DNA of 64,000 bases from the NCBI GenBank assembly GCA_937998305.1, contig CALLDL010000120.1, positions 6,554 to 70,553 of the forward strand, written 5' to 3'. The stretch comes from an uncultured Desulfobacterales bacterium (GTDB lineage Bacteria > Desulfobacterota > Desulfobacteria > Desulfobacterales > UBA11574). The notes beneath the pieces are model-generated. The model was not told the origin of the DNA, did not search any database, and was given only the letters and a program-made list of their open reading frames with translations. Position numbers and translations under genes: made by a program. How positions within the stretch are numbered: position 1 is the first letter of the stretch; each line of letters begins with the position of its first letter. Positions 61,987 to 64,000 of the stretch are shown piece after piece.

Positions 61987-63528
61987 ATGATTATTACCTG
62001 TAAAGAATGTAGCGCAAATTTTAAATTGGATGAAAGTCTTTTAAAGCCGACAGGTTCAAAAGTTCGTTGCTCGAAGTGTAACGAGATTTTCGTGGCATAT
62101 CCACCAAAGATTTCAGAAGAAGTTGAAGCGCCTATTGAAAAGGCATTAGATATTGAAGATCAGCAAGTTGCAGAGGACCTCGAGGCCGACAAGAAGGAAA
62201 TGACGGATCCGGATGAACTTGATTTTTCGGATATGGACAAGTTAATTGACGAAGAAGAAACGTTGGAGAGTGAAGAGATAGCGGATGAAGACACCGAAGA
62301 TCTTGGGTTGGATCTTGATCTGGATATTGAGGCCCAAGTCGATCAAGAGGAACCGGGCGAACTTGATCTGTCCGATTTGGAGAACCTGCTTGACGAGGAA
62401 GAAGCAGCAACAAGTGAAAGCACAGCGGATGAAACGATTGAAGATCTGGACCTTACAATTGTGCCCGAAACTGATGTGTCTATGGAGAAGACACCCCCGA
62501 GCGCTGAGCCCGAAGAACTCGATGAACTCGATCTGTCAGATCTGGAAGATATTCTCGATTTAGATGAACCCATGGCCGAAGAGGAATCCGTACCGGATGA
62601 TATTGAGCTCGAGTTGGATATGGAGACGGAACCCGAACTCGAAAAAATGCCGGAAGATGTTGAAGCCGAAGATCTTGAAGAGGTTGATCTGTCAGAAATA
62701 GAGAAAATGCTTGAAGTAGAAGAAGAAACAGAATCTAAAGAGGAGCCTCTAGAGAAAGAGATGGAGCTTGAATTGGATATGGAAGAAGCGCTTGCTGATA
62801 CCCCTCTGCCTGAGGATTCCTCCCAAGTTGAAGTATATGAACTTGATGAAGCTGACGATACCGTGGATGAACCCGAAGCGGTAGAGGCTGCTGCAACTGA
62901 GGGGATGGATCCGGAATTTGAAGTTGGAGAAAGTGAAGAGGAGGACCAGTTCGAAGATGAAGTCGTCGATGAGGAACCGACACCTGCCAAAGAAAGACGC
63001 ATCAGCAAACCGCTTGTTGTTCTGCTGATTTTAGCATTATTGGCAGGTGGCTCTTACGGAACCTATGTTTTGCTTGATTTCATGAATATTGAAATTCCTT
63101 TTATCAGCGATTATATCAAACCCAAGGTTTCTGATCCTGCCGGCAGTCTCAAGATAGACACTTTAGATGTAAACAGCAAATTCCTTCTCAATATTAAAGA
63201 AGGCAAGCTTTTTGTGATAACAGGGCGAGTTAAAAATGGATATTCAGGTGTTCGTCGTTTTATCAGCATCAACGGCAGATTGTATAAAAAAGGAAAAATT
63301 CTTGACCAGACAGAAACAGTTTTCTGCGGAAATTTTTTGTCGGATATTGAACTTTCCAATATTGAACTTGAAGCCATAAAGAAAAGACTTTCAAACCGTT
63401 TTGGGGATAATAAATCGAATATGCAGATTCAACCTGGAGGAGAGCTTCCGTTTATGATTATATTTTCGAATTTGCCGGACGATCTCGAAGAATTTTCCAT
63501 TGAAGTGGCGGGTTCGACTTCGGAATGA
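61987..63528 (+). CDS. MJ0042-type zinc-ribbon / acidic linker / TM / DUF3426-like protein
   Basis: MIITCKECSANF..KVRCSKCNEIF; long D/E-rich repeats; TM helix; LFVITGRVKN..PGGELPFMIIF. Confidence 0.85.
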   Translation: MIITCKECSANFKLDESLLKPTGSKVRCSKCNEIFVAYPPKISEEVEAPIEKALDIEDQQVAEDLEADKKEMTDPDELDFSDMDKLIDEEETLESEEIADEDTEDLGLDLDLDIEAQVDQEEPGELDLSDLENLLDEEEAATSESTADETIEDLDLTIVPETDVSMEKTPPSAEPEELDELDLSDLEDILDLDEPMAEEESVPDDIELELDMETEPELEKMPEDVEAEDLEEVDLSEIEKMLEVEEETESKEEPLEKEMELELDMEEALADTPLPEDSSQVEVYELDEADDTVDEPEAVEAAATEGMDPEFEVGESEEEDQFEDEVVDEEPTPAKERRISKPLVVLLILALLAGGSYGTYVLLDFMNIEIPFISDYIKPKVSDPAGSLKIDTLDVNSKFLLNIKEGKLFVITGRVKNGYSGVRRFISINGRLYKKGKILDQTETVFCGNFLSDIELSNIELEAIKKRLSNRFGDNKSNMQIQPGGELPFMIIFSNLPDDLEEFSIEVAGSTSE

Positions 63529-63542
63529 CGAGCACAAATTTA

Positions 63543-63754
63543 AACCTAAGCTGAGCGTTTCAAATTTTTGAAATGGTTAATTTAACAATATTTTTAAGGT
63601 ATTCTGACATTTTGAATTTCAATAATTTGAAACCCTGCAGGATCTCCAATTTCACCGCATCTACTGCGTCAGATGCCGTTCCGCATAGACGACTATAGCA
63701 AAACGACATCTTCCTTGTATCTGCGGCAAACTTGAAAATCGCTCAACTTAGGTT
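63543..63754. mobile_element. MITE-like element with AACCTAAG(C/T)TGAGCG terminal inverted repeats
   Basis: AACCTAAGCTGAGCGTTTCAA ... TTGAAAATCGCTCAACTTAGGTT; related ends at 19083 and 28353. Confidence 0.65.
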
Positions 63755-63825
63755 ACAGTTTTTAACTTGACTAAGCGAAAGCGAACTGTTAGAAATGCCG
63801 TTTTTCATATTTTAAACCATGTTAT

Positions 63826-63902
63826 GGCGATGTAGCTCAGATGGTCAGAGCATACGGCTCATATCCGTAGTGTCCGGGGTTCAATTCCCTGCATCGCCAC
63901 CA
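63826..63902 (+). tRNA. tRNA-Met (CAT), probably elongator
   Basis: GGCGATG/CATCGCC acceptor stem, TACGG-CTCATAT-CCGTA anticodon arm, TTCAATT T-loop, encoded CCA; G1-C72 is paired, so not the initiator. Ile2 is not formally excluded. Confidence 0.93.
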
Positions 63903-63911
63903 CAGACAATT

Positions 63912-63943
63912 AAAAGCCATGATCTATGCAGGTTATGGCTTTT
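63912..63943 (+). terminator. Terminator after the tRNA
   Basis: AAAAGCCATGATCT..AGGTTATGGCTTTT hairpin with T-run. Confidence 0.65.
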
Positions 63944-64000
63944 TCGTTTTTTCGGGGTGCGAACAGTGCGTAAATGGGTGGTGGCCCATTATCCTTCTTT

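Noticed and set aside
62343-63008. 221-aa Ser-rich minus-strand ORF
   Set aside because: Antisense artefact of the GAA/GAT-rich acidic linker on the plus strand.
63543-63902. Integrative-element attachment site at the tRNA
   Set aside because: No integrase or duplicated tRNA 3' end within the window; sequence beyond 64000 cannot be assessed.

Overview
Gene-dense chromosomal segment of an anaerobic, selenocysteine-using sulfate reducer, inferred to be Desulfobacterota/Desulfobacterales-like from dsrC with CX10C, ahbA, Sec-type selD and a PEP-CTERM gene. Most of the window is housekeeping: pyrG, eno, larE, a 2-oxoacid:ferredoxin oxidoreductase, a complete futalosine (mqn) menaquinone operon, priA, polA, queF, dsrC, miaA, nadE, mnmG, hpt and tRNA-Met(CAT). 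Less ordinary features, several missed or split by the ORF track: (1) a >2,000-aa secreted teneurin-like NHL/YD-RHS protein running off the left edge, with a consensus sigma-54 promoter and a perfect double-palindrome enhancer candidate; (2) two UGA-recoded selenoproteins, SelD and a DUF1573-like U-G-C protein with a SECIS-like hairpin; (3) a cargo-less PEP-CTERM micro-protein followed in the same frame, across a TAG, by an uncalled 49-aa DRR/ERR-repeat peptide; (4) a cobalamin riboswitch controlling a single 86-aa orphan gene; (5) a membrane-anchored histone-H1-like protein; (6) an EHD-like dynamin with a membrane partner; (7) a hydrolase split by an in-frame TAG; (8) several families of nested palindromic MITE/REP-like elements. 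No CRISPR array, rRNA or transposase was seen. All family assignments come from motif recognition by eye; no searches were run.
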